This document shows positions 7,357 through 17,224 of a stretch of DNA of 64,000 nt, in pieces (the stretch's first letter is position 1; each line of letters opens with the position of its first letter). Where the stretch lies: positions 1 to 64,000 of IMG/VR virus record IMGVR_UViG_3300005096_000103. One strand, given 5' to 3'. The DNA is from a virus. The notes below the pieces were generated by a model, which did not search any database, was not told the origin of the DNA, and saw nothing but the letters and a program-made list of their open reading frames with translations. Made by a program: the position numbers and the translations under genes.

Positions 7357-8832
7357 CTAACCCCCAAATGACACAAACTTTGCAGCAATAGCTACCATAG
7401 CCGCGTTAATTGTTGAGGAGAACGCACCAACAGCTAATGGCGGGCTACCTGGAGGTCCATGGACGTGAGCGTCGAGCAGTAGACCAAGCTGAACCATCAG
7501 AGCAGCCAGGGGCTCAAAGAGGACAGCACGAAAGGGTCCAGGGAGGTTTGGAGTGTAGTAAGGGGAACCTGGGGGAATCAGGGCGGGTCCCCCGAGCTTG
7601 ATGGGGAGGATGGTGTTGACGCTGAAGGTCCCCGCAGTAGTGCCAAAGACGATGTCGCCAGAGTTGGTGCTGACATGGAACCCTGAGCGTACTAGACCTA
7701 CGTCACCTGCAAGGGGCGAGCCAATATCAAATACGACATGGCCGTTAGTCGCAAGAACTGAGACAGCTTGGTTCGTAGGTAGTGGAACAAGTCCCCCGTT
7801 CGCTGTGATGTTGAGTCCAGTCCCAGAGTTTAGGTCCATGTTCCCCCCAGACCTAAGCCCGACATTAGACCCAGCAAAGACTTTAAACTTCCCAGGAGTC
7901 TTAATACTGTAAGTTCCGCCTGCATTCCACGAAACTCCACCCCCTACAGTGTATTTAGCTGAGGAGTCAGTGTCGACTTCTAATGAACCACACACTATCT
8001 TCTTAAGTTCTTCTACAACTTGGAAGTCTACAGCAGCAGTACGATGCACTACACCGTCTGGACGTATGTCTATAGTGAACTTGTCCTGCCCAGCAGGTGA
8101 GGTAACCCTAAACTTTGCAACATCTCCACTATGACCTAGCGAAGCCCTAACCCTATAACCACCTCGCTCAGGGGAAGACTCTGTCTCCTCATCAGCTCCT
8201 AGTGATATATCAAGTGAGGTCTTGTTCTGCTTATCGGTAGTCAGAGCTACAGAGCCCGCACCAGAGAACAAGTTTAGCGTACGACCTATAAGCGTCGTGA
8301 CTTCTGAGTCTTTGTTCGTCGTAAGGTTTGAGAACTCACTGGAGTAAACGCGACAAGTTCCACCGCTCAGTGAGCCGACGTAGTTACCATAGTGGAGGTT
8401 TGTTATAACATCGTCACCAGGCTGGAGGTCTCGGATTCCCTTACCAGCAAAGGAAGGCTGTGAGAGATTGTCACTAGGGTTGACATTCGTATCAGCGGGG
8501 ATGCTGACTACACCAGAGAGCGCATTGCCTCGGGAGACAGACTGCTGAACTACAGGAGTCGCGTACCAGATAACCGGTGGACCCCAGCGGTAAGAGACGA
8601 GTACGTGATCCCCAACGAGAGGTACTGTAAGCCTCTTCGGCGCCCCAGGCCAAGGTACACTGTTTAACGTACGACCTGTTGACGTCGAGACATCACAGAT
8701 ATGCCTCGAAGGGTAGACACGGGTAATAGTCCCCGTCTCCCCACCATCGTTACGCCGATTGTCCTCATCAATTGAGAGACCAGCACCCTTAAGCAGCTTC
8801 CTCTTGAGATGGTTTGGCATAGTAGTAGACAC
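7357..8832 (-). CDS. Baseplate hub/central spike protein (gpV/gp5-like)
   Basis: N-terminal OB-fold-like signature (GTITRVYPSRHICDV...VPLVGDHVLV), beta-helix-like Gly/Ser/Thr repeats, C-terminal HxH (AHVHG); real start probably ATG 8820. Confidence 0.7.
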   Translation of the reverse strand: MSTTMPNHLKRKLLKGAGLSIDEDNRRNDGGETGTITRVYPSRHICDVSTSTGRTLNSVPWPGAPKRLTVPLVGDHVLVSYRWGPPVIWYATPVVQQSVSRGNALSGVVSIPADTNVNPSDNLSQPSFAGKGIRDLQPGDDVITNLHYGNYVGSLSGGTCRVYSSEFSNLTTNKDSEVTTLIGRTLNLFSGAGSVALTTDKQNKTSLDISLGADEETESSPERGGYRVRASLGHSGDVAKFRVTSPAGQDKFTIDIRPDGVVHRTAAVDFQVVEELKKIVCGSLEVDTDSSAKYTVGGGVSWNAGGTYSIKTPGKFKVFAGSNVGLRSGGNMDLNSGTGLNITANGGLVPLPTNQAVSVLATNGHVVFDIGSPLAGDVGLVRSGFHVSTNSGDIVFGTTAGTFSVNTILPIKLGGPALIPPGSPYYTPNLPGPFRAVLFEPLAALMVQLGLLLDAHVHGPPGSPPLAVGAFSSTINAAMVAIAAKFVSFGG

Positions 8833-8941
8833 CTCGCGCCCTGAACTCTACGACGAACGCCCTAAACTCTTACACGTAATGTAGTAGCGTAGGGCGTAAG
8901 AGAGGCTATCCTGTGTAACGAAGGCTATCCTGTATAATGAC

Positions 8942-9694
8942 CTAGCGAATAGGACCATTAGACCCATCAAGATTCGGGACGATATCAGCCATCGTAGCAC
9001 CAATACCAAGAATATTCTTGTTGATATCAGAGAACGACGGGGCACTAGAACCTTTGCGAGCGTGTGGGAGGAACAACGTCTTCTTAACGGGGAGTGCACG
9101 GTCAGCTACAAAGCTGACTCGCTCAACCACAGTAGGCTGCCCTGCACCCATCTGAAAACTCCATGAGTTGATCATGAGCATTTCCATATAGAACGAGGCG
9201 ACAGGCTGTCGCATCTTATCTCTAAAGAAGCATCCAAGACCAAAAGGCATATAGAAGAGCTCAGAGTCTAGGTTAGCGTAAAACTGATCCCCAGAGCCGT
9301 CAGAAGCTGCAGGATCGTCAAACGCGCTAACGTCGATTCCACTCTGCACTGCGTTTGTATACAAGACTCTAAGCAGATTACGCCCATTAAGCCACAGACG
9401 CCCAATAGAACCCGAGACAGAACTCTTACCTCTTACAAATGAGGTACGACCACTGCCGAAGGTATTCAGGGGCTGAACAGGCACAGAGTTCTGGAACGAA
9501 AAGTTCATCACCTGACCAATCGGGAGCAGCTTCTGAACGAAATCTTTACCGGCTTGGTAACGAGGTGGTCCAGCAACAAACAGTGTATCGTCTGAATGAA
9601 TAGACGTCAGAGCTGCGTTGTCCATCACGCGTTCAACGTAATGATCCTGCGTATACCAGCTATCTGGTGTAGTTGTCGGTCGCATCTCGCCCAT
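8942..9694 (-). CDS. Tail tube protein (putative)
   Basis: PIGQVMNFSFQNSVPVQPLNTFGSGR...SGSIGRLW pattern typical of contractile tail tubes; downstream of the sheath. Confidence 0.6.
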   Translation of the reverse strand: MGEMRPTTTPDSWYTQDHYVERVMDNAALTSIHSDDTLFVAGPPRYQAGKDFVQKLLPIGQVMNFSFQNSVPVQPLNTFGSGRTSFVRGKSSVSGSIGRLWLNGRNLLRVLYTNAVQSGIDVSAFDDPAASDGSGDQFYANLDSELFYMPFGLGCFFRDKMRQPVASFYMEMLMINSWSFQMGAGQPTVVERVSFVADRALPVKKTLFLPHARKGSSAPSFSDINKNILGIGATMADIVPNLDGSNGPIR

Positions 9695-9749
9695 ACTATC
9701 ACTCCCTTTAGTCTAACTTTGTGTGCTGCCTGACTCGCGACTACGCTAG

Positions 9750-10391
9750 TTAGGCGAGCCCAGCGCGCTGAGCGTAGGTCATGCCACTAGTACGACCTAA
9801 CGCTGCGTTAGCCTGCTGGACTGCAGTTGGATTAAACCCAGCAAGAGTCTTAGCAGTGTCGTACACTCCAGGCTCATTGCCCGTAAGAGTATTGACGCGG
9901 TCTCGCATAGTCGGGTTGCGACCGAGCAAAGAGTTGATCGTCTGCATCTTCGAGGGGTTGATGCCAAGTGACGAATAGGCGTTGTCTGCACGGTCCATAA
10001 GAGTTGGATTGCGACCTACGAGTGAGTTGGCCCGCTGCATGAGCGTCGGGTCAAAACCGATAGTTTCATTCGCTCGCTCACGGGCGTCGCCATAAGCACC
10101 ACCAACCGCGTCCTTAGCACTATCATACATACCACCGGCACGCTCCTTCAACGCGTCGATACGTTCGCCAGCGACCTTGCTCCGAACAAAGTTTGCGACT
10201 TTGACATTCGTCTCAGCATCATAAGCAGCAAGCTGCGAAGCTTCGTGGATAGTGACAGCGATTTCATAGTCCTGAGGGTCACCGGAGCTGGCAGCCTTTT
10301 CCATAAACTCGTCCTGGCCAATACCAACACTGTTAAGAGTGTCGACGAAAGCGTTAGCATAAGCCAGCTTGATAAGACTTGCAGTATCCAT
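9750..10391 (-). CDS. Hypothetical protein with ~14-aa NPT repeats
   Basis: 213 aa, six NPTxxxxxNxLxG-like units. Confidence 0.7.
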   Translation of the reverse strand: MDTASLIKLAYANAFVDTLNSVGIGQDEFMEKAASSGDPQDYEIAVTIHEASQLAAYDAETNVKVANFVRSKVAGERIDALKERAGGMYDSAKDAVGGAYGDARERANETIGFDPTLMQRANSLVGRNPTLMDRADNAYSSLGINPSKMQTINSLLGRNPTMRDRVNTLTGNEPGVYDTAKTLAGFNPTAVQQANAALGRTSGMTYAQRAGLA

Positions 10392-10443
10392 GTTGTTTTG
10401 CCTCTATGGGTTGGTTAGCTTTAAGCCTAAGTCGTTCTTAGCT

Positions 10444-13395
10444 TTAAGCTGTGATTCTAAAAACGAGCCTGTTTAGGGGCGCCGGGAAGTCAATATATCC
10501 AGTGAACTCTGCAGTGTCTGCTGCACCCTCCAAGTAGCTTACACTAGTATTGCCGTAGTCTACAATAGGCGCCCCGATTTTAGGGAGTTTTGCAGCCTGG
10601 ATAGAGGCGAGAGTAGCGTCCATCGTATCGAGGAGTGTAGCCAAAGTCTCAGGGATGGCGTTGTACTCGGCGATGAGGCCGTCAAAGGTGTTCTTGAGGG
10701 TAGTCATCGTGTAGTGGTAACACCTCATCATCGAGAGTTCCTGAAGTTCAAGCGTGGTGATGTTCGTCGTGGTTTGGTACGAGATAATTGGTAACGCACC
10801 ACCCTGCTGCTGGGTGACAACCATGTTACCACCTGTAGAGAGCGACTTGATAAGGTCCCGGGTAAAGTAACTATTGCTAAACTTCAGCCCTACAATGCCA
10901 GAAATAGACTGTCGAGTTAACGACTTCTGAACTGGTAACGCAGCAGTAAGCGCCCCGATAGCTACAGCGAGGAACTCACCGCCCATCTCCCCTGACACAC
11001 CGGTTAGTGCGTTCACAACGTTAGAGATACCTGTAATCCTAGGAGGCATTGTACGAACGAGTTGCTCAGTTGCAAGCCCTAGAGTCGCAGCGTTGATAGC
11101 GTCGACTTGCAATGTAGGTGTCAAGTCACGAGAGACTCTGTAGTGATCCGCCGGGCTACTAACGATAGCAAGGTACGTTGCAATCGGGATGTCTTCGTAT
11201 GTATCGAACTGGAGCCTATTATCAGACAAGATCGAATTAACAGGGATACTGTCAACGGGATCGAACGTAGAGTTAGCAGGTCCAGCGGGGGTAGGAGTCT
11301 CGAAGTTGTCACCTACGATGACAGGAGTGAGTCCAGAAGCAAACGTAGCAGTAAGGTCTAGGATCTGACGGAACCCACGTCTCCAAGTCACTGCAGCTGC
11401 TACCGTAGAACTCTGTCGCACACTACGAACGAGAGCGTTGTAGGAAGGAGCAGGGGGAGCTCCAGCAGCGAACGCGCCACCAGCACCCACTACAGTGTAG
11501 AAAGCATAGACACCGTTGGCAGTGAGCTTAGGTCCCCCACTAGTAGCTTGAATACCATTTGGGTTACCTGTAATAGTCATTGAGACTAAGAGGTTAGCCG
11601 CAGCGTTAGCCTCGATAGCATCTTTGACTTCTTGAGCTGTAGAGACAACAGCTGCACCCACATACTCCAACGTGACAGTAATCGCGTTAGCGCCTGTAGC
11701 AATGTTAAGAGGACTCGCAACACCGGGGTCAACAAAAGTAATAGATGTACCGTTACCACTAGGCCCTAGAATCCTGGAATAGAAGGTGAGGTCAGCACCG
11801 ACAGCAATGTTAGCTAAGACACCGTTGGTCTTAGTAGTGATGAGCCAGTAGCCTCCAGAGAGGTTAGGACCTGCGGGCTCGTCTAGATATACAACCTGCC
11901 CAACGCGGTTAGCGTCGAGAGTGTTTGTATCAATAGTATTGACTTTGTTGCCCGCGTTACCGTCAAGCTCAACAAGACCATGTGACTGTACTGCACCGCC
12001 GTTTGGATTTGAGCCATTGGTACTCATAATCCAGAAGAAGTTGTTATCTCCTGCAGCTTCAGCATGCGTCTCAGCTAAGGACAGTCGGTTGGTGTCATAG
12101 ATACGATCAACGGTATACGGACCTAAGTCGTTAGCCATGAACAATGCGTCACCAACAGCGACTCCAGCACTCACAAAGTTACCTGTCGCAGTTGCGAACA
12201 CGTGAACAGGATCACCAGTGATAAGCTCAGCAGTCCCAGCAGACGCAGCTGCTACAACAGAAGTCGTAGGCAGGTCGTCAACGGATGCAATGATCATTCG
12301 GTACACTGCAGATGTCGGAGCGGACAGTGCGAGAGTAGAAGTGCGGTAGATAGCTACAATACTAATGTCCCGAGTTAAGGGGACAATACAGTAGATGGCA
12401 TCGTTGCTCTCGATAGCCGACAGCGCTGCCTGATGCGCTGTAGACCTATCAGTCTGACCATTGAGGTCGTCACCCGTGAGCCCAAAGTAGTTAACCGTCG
12501 TAGTCGTATTCGCCAACGCGATTCTAAGCGCTGCAGCGAGAGGATTACGCTCGTCTACCCTACCCACCAGAGATTCGATCTGACTGTCGTCGTTGATCTG
12601 ACCTACAGCTGCGAGGTCCTGCCGGAGAGACTTGTACTGGATATACACCGAGGAGTAGTTGATAAGTGGAGTCTCAACAACTCCGTCACCTGTAATGTCA
12701 ACAGAGACAGTAGCCCCGCCTTTGATTGTGATTGCGTTACCAGCGATAGACACGAAGTTACTATCGAGAACAACGTCGTTAAGAACTTTCTCGACTCGGA
12801 ATCTGTAAGACCCATTCTGCGCGATAGTAAGTTCACCACCTAATACAAAGTTACTATATGCTCGAACCTGGTTAGCGTTCAGTGTTGAGCCGTTGTATCC
12901 ACCAACTTCTTTGATAGTAACGATGAGAGTGCTACCAAGCCCACCAACGTCTGAGATAACAAGTCGATCACCAGGTCGGACACCGTTAACACCAAAATCA
13001 AATCCACCAGCAGCCGTCGAGAATAAATCCTCATTAGGTGCTGCAGTTGTCACTGTCCCGTCTAAGCGGTTGGTGTTCCCAATTTCAAGATATACAGTGT
13101 CGAGATACGCGATTACCGAAGCGCTATCTAACACAGCACCAGCAGCGTTACTGGGAGGGTCTGCAATAGTTATGACATTGGCACCAGGGATAGGCCTGCT
13201 AACATTACTACCTGTAGTAGCTGAGGAAGCAGCGTCCTTAACGCCATAGGTGCCAATTAACAAAGAGGCCTTGTCTGTCACGTAGTCTAGGATGTGGTAG
13301 GCCGGCCCGACGATCAGGAGGTCCTGCACAGCTTCGACGATGTTAACAACCGTAGACGCGCTTTGCCTATAGATTTCAGTATTAGGTAATGCCAT
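10444..13395 (-). CDS. Tail sheath protein
   Basis: 983 aa; AALSAIESNDAIYCIVPL and C-terminal ELQELSMMRCYHY...IDFPAPLNRLVFRI match the sheath C-terminal domain. Confidence 0.85.
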   Translation of the reverse strand: MALPNTEIYRQSASTVVNIVEAVQDLLIVGPAYHILDYVTDKASLLIGTYGVKDAASSATTGSNVSRPIPGANVITIADPPSNAAGAVLDSASVIAYLDTVYLEIGNTNRLDGTVTTAAPNEDLFSTAAGGFDFGVNGVRPGDRLVISDVGGLGSTLIVTIKEVGGYNGSTLNANQVRAYSNFVLGGELTIAQNGSYRFRVEKVLNDVVLDSNFVSIAGNAITIKGGATVSVDITGDGVVETPLINYSSVYIQYKSLRQDLAAVGQINDDSQIESLVGRVDERNPLAAALRIALANTTTTVNYFGLTGDDLNGQTDRSTAHQAALSAIESNDAIYCIVPLTRDISIVAIYRTSTLALSAPTSAVYRMIIASVDDLPTTSVVAAASAGTAELITGDPVHVFATATGNFVSAGVAVGDALFMANDLGPYTVDRIYDTNRLSLAETHAEAAGDNNFFWIMSTNGSNPNGGAVQSHGLVELDGNAGNKVNTIDTNTLDANRVGQVVYLDEPAGPNLSGGYWLITTKTNGVLANIAVGADLTFYSRILGPSGNGTSITFVDPGVASPLNIATGANAITVTLEYVGAAVVSTAQEVKDAIEANAAANLLVSMTITGNPNGIQATSGGPKLTANGVYAFYTVVGAGGAFAAGAPPAPSYNALVRSVRQSSTVAAAVTWRRGFRQILDLTATFASGLTPVIVGDNFETPTPAGPANSTFDPVDSIPVNSILSDNRLQFDTYEDIPIATYLAIVSSPADHYRVSRDLTPTLQVDAINAATLGLATEQLVRTMPPRITGISNVVNALTGVSGEMGGEFLAVAIGALTAALPVQKSLTRQSISGIVGLKFSNSYFTRDLIKSLSTGGNMVVTQQQGGALPIISYQTTTNITTLELQELSMMRCYHYTMTTLKNTFDGLIAEYNAIPETLATLLDTMDATLASIQAAKLPKIGAPIVDYGNTSVSYLEGAADTAEFTGYIDFPAPLNRLVFRITA

Positions 13396-13473
13396 TTTAG
13401 CCTCTGTCCACCGGTTGGGGATTTTGTCATAAATAAATAGAGGGGAGAACCACTATTCACGTCTAAAGTATAC

Positions 13474-14163
13474 TCAATACTTCGGCGAAATGAAAGTGCG
13501 CACTAGCGTCTCCGCAGCAGATTGTAGCGAAAGTTTTAAGTTGTATTTCTTCAGAGGTGACTCAATAGGCATCGTAGCCCACCTATCCTCATACGTAATG
13601 TTGAAAGCGACTGAAGTTAAGAACCTAGTGTCAGCTTCTTGAACCGCCTGCGTCGAAGACGTAGATAACGAAGATACTTTCTTTATATAGAAGTCGCGTT
13701 CAATAATCTTTCTACCTGCAGTTATAGTGTTCTGAACTATATAAGCTAGGTTAGCACTTTCAGCTCTAGTCTTCCCAATGACTTGTGTTTCTATATCCAT
13801 AGATGAGATATGATGGTAGTAGGTGTTCCCTCGTGTCATTATCCCTGGTTGGTACTGATCGAGGTTATCCATTGCGATCTGTGTTGTGACAGTTCTACCC
13901 TTTCGGAGCATGACACGCGGAATTAACGATGTACCCTCAGCTGCTTCGTCGTCATATTCAGTGTTAATAAAGATGAGTGTACGACCCTGCGGAATGTCGT
14001 CGTCAGTAACGGTAGGGTCATACAGATAGCGGATACTCTGGTCTACGTTGAACCGCTCCCTAAGGATGAGAACAAAAGCGCCTAATAGGACTAAAGGGTT
14101 ATGCCCTGCTAGGTTAGACCCACCCTCTTGCATGTACCTAGATGTACTTTTAGTTTCGGTCAT
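13474..14163 (-). CDS. Tail terminator / neck protein (putative)
   Basis: Immediately upstream of the sheath; 229-aa alpha/beta pattern. Confidence 0.45.
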   Translation of the reverse strand: MTETKSTSRYMQEGGSNLAGHNPLVLLGAFVLILRERFNVDQSIRYLYDPTVTDDDIPQGRTLIFINTEYDDEAAEGTSLIPRVMLRKGRTVTTQIAMDNLDQYQPGIMTRGNTYYHHISSMDIETQVIGKTRAESANLAYIVQNTITAGRKIIERDFYIKKVSSLSTSSTQAVQEADTRFLTSVAFNITYEDRWATMPIESPLKKYNLKLSLQSAAETLVRTFISPKY

Positions 14164-14185
14164 GACTCACCTCAACCCTATATCT

Positions 14186-15100
14186 TTAACCCTGGAATTC
14201 TAGCGTGTACCTACTCTCACCTAGAGGGATGAGCTGTTCTACATCTGACCTAGCTAAGAGTGTGCAGGACGTAGTTTGCATAACACTCCGCTTGAACAGG
14301 TGCTGTGAATCTGCGTTATCTACCTTCCATCGAATATTTGAGTCAAGCTCAACTATTATATCCCCCTTCTCTAGCATAGGGACTGGCGGCGCTATAATCA
14401 TAGCAGAACCTATAGAGAGCTTACCACGTGGTGTATCCTGTACATTGATTGGACTACGCTGAACAATTCCGTAACCCTGTATAGGTGTGTGATAACCACC
14501 TGCCCAGGTTGTACCGTAGCAAGTTGAGCAAGTAGACCCTTGGTAGTTAGCCCTGAGGACAGCATCGTAGCATCCTTCTTCTGGGCACCGTAGACCAAAG
14601 TGTCGTTGTTTAAGGTACACAACAGGATCACCTGAGAGTCTTTGAGCTACAGCAGCTCTACGCGCCTTTGCCCGCCACACGAGTATGTTACGGCGGTTGA
14701 ACTTAGGATTCTTAAAGAAGATGCCTTGATTGCGTCTGTCAATCTGGTTAGCTGTAGGGACTACCCCGAGCGCTTGTGACTTGTTGACCTCTACGAGTTG
14801 CAACCCATAGATATTAACAGGGACCGAAGCGACATCCTCAACTTGCCCCTCAATGACTACACGGTAGACGAGGCTACGGACAGCCGACAATACGTTAGGG
14901 TTACCAGCAAGGAACGGATCGTTATAGTAGCTATCCGTCACACCTTCTGCGATAACCTCGAAGTCATTAAACATATTTGAGCTACGTTCAACTCTAAAAC
15001 TGAGTACGCTAGTAGCAGGTGTTATACCGTTGACCTTCCACTGCACGAAAGCTCTACGCTTACGATAGAGCATCACATGCTGTATCTGTACACTAAGCAT
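14186..15100 (-). CDS. Neck/head-closure protein with Cys cluster (putative)
   Basis: CPEEGC...CSTCYGTTWAGGY motif plus C-terminal KGDIIVE...RWKV pattern; position in neck cluster. Confidence 0.5.
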   Translation of the reverse strand: MLSVQIQHVMLYRKRRAFVQWKVNGITPATSVLSFRVERSSNMFNDFEVIAEGVTDSYYNDPFLAGNPNVLSAVRSLVYRVVIEGQVEDVASVPVNIYGLQLVEVNKSQALGVVPTANQIDRRNQGIFFKNPKFNRRNILVWRAKARRAAVAQRLSGDPVVYLKQRHFGLRCPEEGCYDAVLRANYQGSTCSTCYGTTWAGGYHTPIQGYGIVQRSPINVQDTPRGKLSIGSAMIIAPPVPMLEKGDIIVELDSNIRWKVDNADSQHLFKRSVMQTTSCTLLARSDVEQLIPLGESRYTLEFQG

Positions 15101-16716
15101 TACTGGATCCAGTTAGTACCTTCGTACGTCCTTGATAGCGAACGGAGATTACTATTCAATTCCTTAGTAGACATACTATGATCTTCTCGCTGAGTAGGGA
15201 GACTACCACGTCTAGACGTCTCTGGACTCTCTCCATTGTCAGGCTGGACTTTAGATTCGTTGTTAACACTACCAGAGTTCACACTATACCCACCGGCCAT
15301 ACCTTCGTCGCCTGCGAGCTTATGCGCGTCCAGCGGGTACCCGATAGCTACGAATTCGCTAGAAGGATCTAATCCACTGTATAGCGGAATTATAGTAGAG
15401 ATAATATTGGCACACGTCGCCCCTAGAGACTTAGCACTTGAGTGCTTAACATGCTCTTTATCGAGTTTAAGACGCAGCATCCGTAATGCTGTGACTCTAC
15501 CCTTCCGATGCGCATTGTACCCGTCTTTACATACCTCTATCTTAGCATTGAGCACACGCATGAGCTTACCAATCTCCATCCAGATTGGTTTACTTTGGTC
15601 CCCGTCATCTCCATACAACGAAAGATCCCGACCCTGGTAGGCTGCAGAACGATAGTATGTCCTATCACCTGAGAGGCTCTTGACTTGATGCTTCTCTCGA
15701 TCCTTAACTTCTTTACTCCACTTCCAATCTAAAGGTCGAAGTCTGAGAGACGTTATCTTCCCAACAGACACACCAACCTCTTCGCCAGCTTCTCTACGCG
15801 CGGCCTGCTCAATAGTCTCACCCTTGTCAATACCACCACCGGGGAACACGTAGTTGTCTTTCACAGTGTTGTAGCGTGTTACGAGGATCTCAACGTCACC
15901 CATGTCTGTATGGCGGTACACGAGCAGCTCTACCCTGCGACGCATAGCTGAGAGTGCTGCGTACTTTGCTGCAAGAGGGTCAGGATTAGCACGCGCTTGG
16001 TACTCTTCGATAGCTTCCTGATACCTAGCTCTATTGACTTTATCTTCCTCAGAACGTCGCTCAAAGTCTTTACGCTGCTTACGCCGTTGCCATAGATTAT
16101 ACGCTGACCATAGTAGTGCAACAGAAGTCATCCCATCTATTGCACTAGGCGCTTGTTCTCCAGGACGCACTTGCATCTGTGGCGCAACAGGTGGTGTAGC
16201 TCCTAGGGGTAGAGTTGCGTGCTGTGCGTAAGACCCTGTATGTGCGTAACCTTCTTTCTCTCTATCGAGTGTGGTTTCTCTACTAGAGTAGTTGTCTGTC
16301 TCACTCTTCATGTTGTTTCTGAGATCTTGAAGATCATTCTTAGAGTCAGTACTAACTACAGGACCTGTAAATTGACCTGAGGGTTCGGTACGATGATCTT
16401 CACCTGTGATGTCAGGGGAGCGCTCTTGGTTACGGTAGCCAGGGGCTATGTCTCCTGCTCCAATCTCATCGTCAAAGAAGGAGGTCTTAACACCTGGCCC
16501 TGGAGGAGGTAACTTATTAAACGTAGACAACCCTAGAGTTCTAAGTAGCGTGTTTTCTTTAGGTAGGTTAATATACTTGTTCCCTGTAAGACTATTTTCC
16601 CCACCAGCTGCGTGGTACTTCTTATAGAATCTATCAATGAAATTTATACGAGACTTCTCTACCTTAGTAGGTCCGGTCCCGACACTCCCATCAGGGTTTA
16701 AAGCATTGTGAGCCAC
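15100..16716 (-). CDS. Nudix hydrolase-domain protein with N-terminal extension and hydrophobic helix
   Basis: Complete Nudix box GGGIDKGETIEQAARREAGEEVG (GX5EX7REUXEEXG). Confidence 0.85.
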   Translation of the reverse strand: MAHNALNPDGSVGTGPTKVEKSRINFIDRFYKKYHAAGGENSLTGNKYINLPKENTLLRTLGLSTFNKLPPPGPGVKTSFFDDEIGAGDIAPGYRNQERSPDITGEDHRTEPSGQFTGPVVSTDSKNDLQDLRNNMKSETDNYSSRETTLDREKEGYAHTGSYAQHATLPLGATPPVAPQMQVRPGEQAPSAIDGMTSVALLWSAYNLWQRRKQRKDFERRSEEDKVNRARYQEAIEEYQARANPDPLAAKYAALSAMRRRVELLVYRHTDMGDVEILVTRYNTVKDNYVFPGGGIDKGETIEQAARREAGEEVGVSVGKITSLRLRPLDWKWSKEVKDREKHQVKSLSGDRTYYRSAAYQGRDLSLYGDDGDQSKPIWMEIGKLMRVLNAKIEVCKDGYNAHRKGRVTALRMLRLKLDKEHVKHSSAKSLGATCANIISTIIPLYSGLDPSSEFVAIGYPLDAHKLAGDEGMAGGYSVNSGSVNNESKVQPDNGESPETSRRGSLPTQREDHSMSTKELNSNLRSLSRTYEGTNWIQ

Positions 16717-17105
16717 TACAGATCCTCCAGATCTTCGCCGTATTCATCTGCGTCTAGAGCGTCAAATTCAGCGTCTGTAAGACCACCATCTTCGTCATCA
16801 TCTTCGTAGTCTACTTCAACTTCTATGCGGGTATCATCTTCTAGTCCGTCATCTAAGGATGTGCCTGCTGACGAAGACTCAGTACCCTGTACACGAGCAG
16901 CTAAGCTCTCAACAGCGTCTGATAAGCTACTACTCCCTGTTTCTTCAATCTCACTTAGTATCTTGTCAGCATTAAATTTAGCAGCACACTTACGGAAGTG
17001 GAGCTTCTCATTCAGAGAGTAGCCACCCCACAGCTTCTCAAAGAAGGGTACTTGAGCCTTAGCTACTTTGACGGCCCCATGGGGTGTATAGTAAAGCTGG
17101 AACAT
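16716..17105 (-). CDS. Hypothetical protein with acidic C-terminus
   Basis: 129 aa, D/E-rich tail; overlaps the downstream start. Confidence 0.7.
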   Translation of the reverse strand: MFQLYYTPHGAVKVAKAQVPFFEKLWGGYSLNEKLHFRKCAAKFNADKILSEIEETGSSSLSDAVESLAARVQGTESSSAGTSLDDGLEDDTRIEVEVDYEDDDEDGGLTDAEFDALDADEYGEDLEDL

Positions 17106-17131
17106 AGAAGGTGTCTACTGCTAAAAGTTAA

Positions 17132-17224
17132 TACCTGTCATTACAGTGCTAGTACCTGTCATTACAGTGCTAGTACCTGTCATTACAGTGCTAGTACCTG
17201 TCATTACAGTGCTAGTACCTGTCA
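17132..17224. repeat. 21-bp tandem repeat x4.4 (TACCTGTCATTACAGTGCTAG)
   Basis: Perfect copies at 17132, 17153, 17174, 17195, partial at 17216; no spacers. Confidence 0.95.

Noticed and set aside
17132-17224. CRISPR array
   Set aside because: Repeats are head-to-tail with no spacers, and there is no cas1/cas2; the same applies to 1-90 and 2835-2893.
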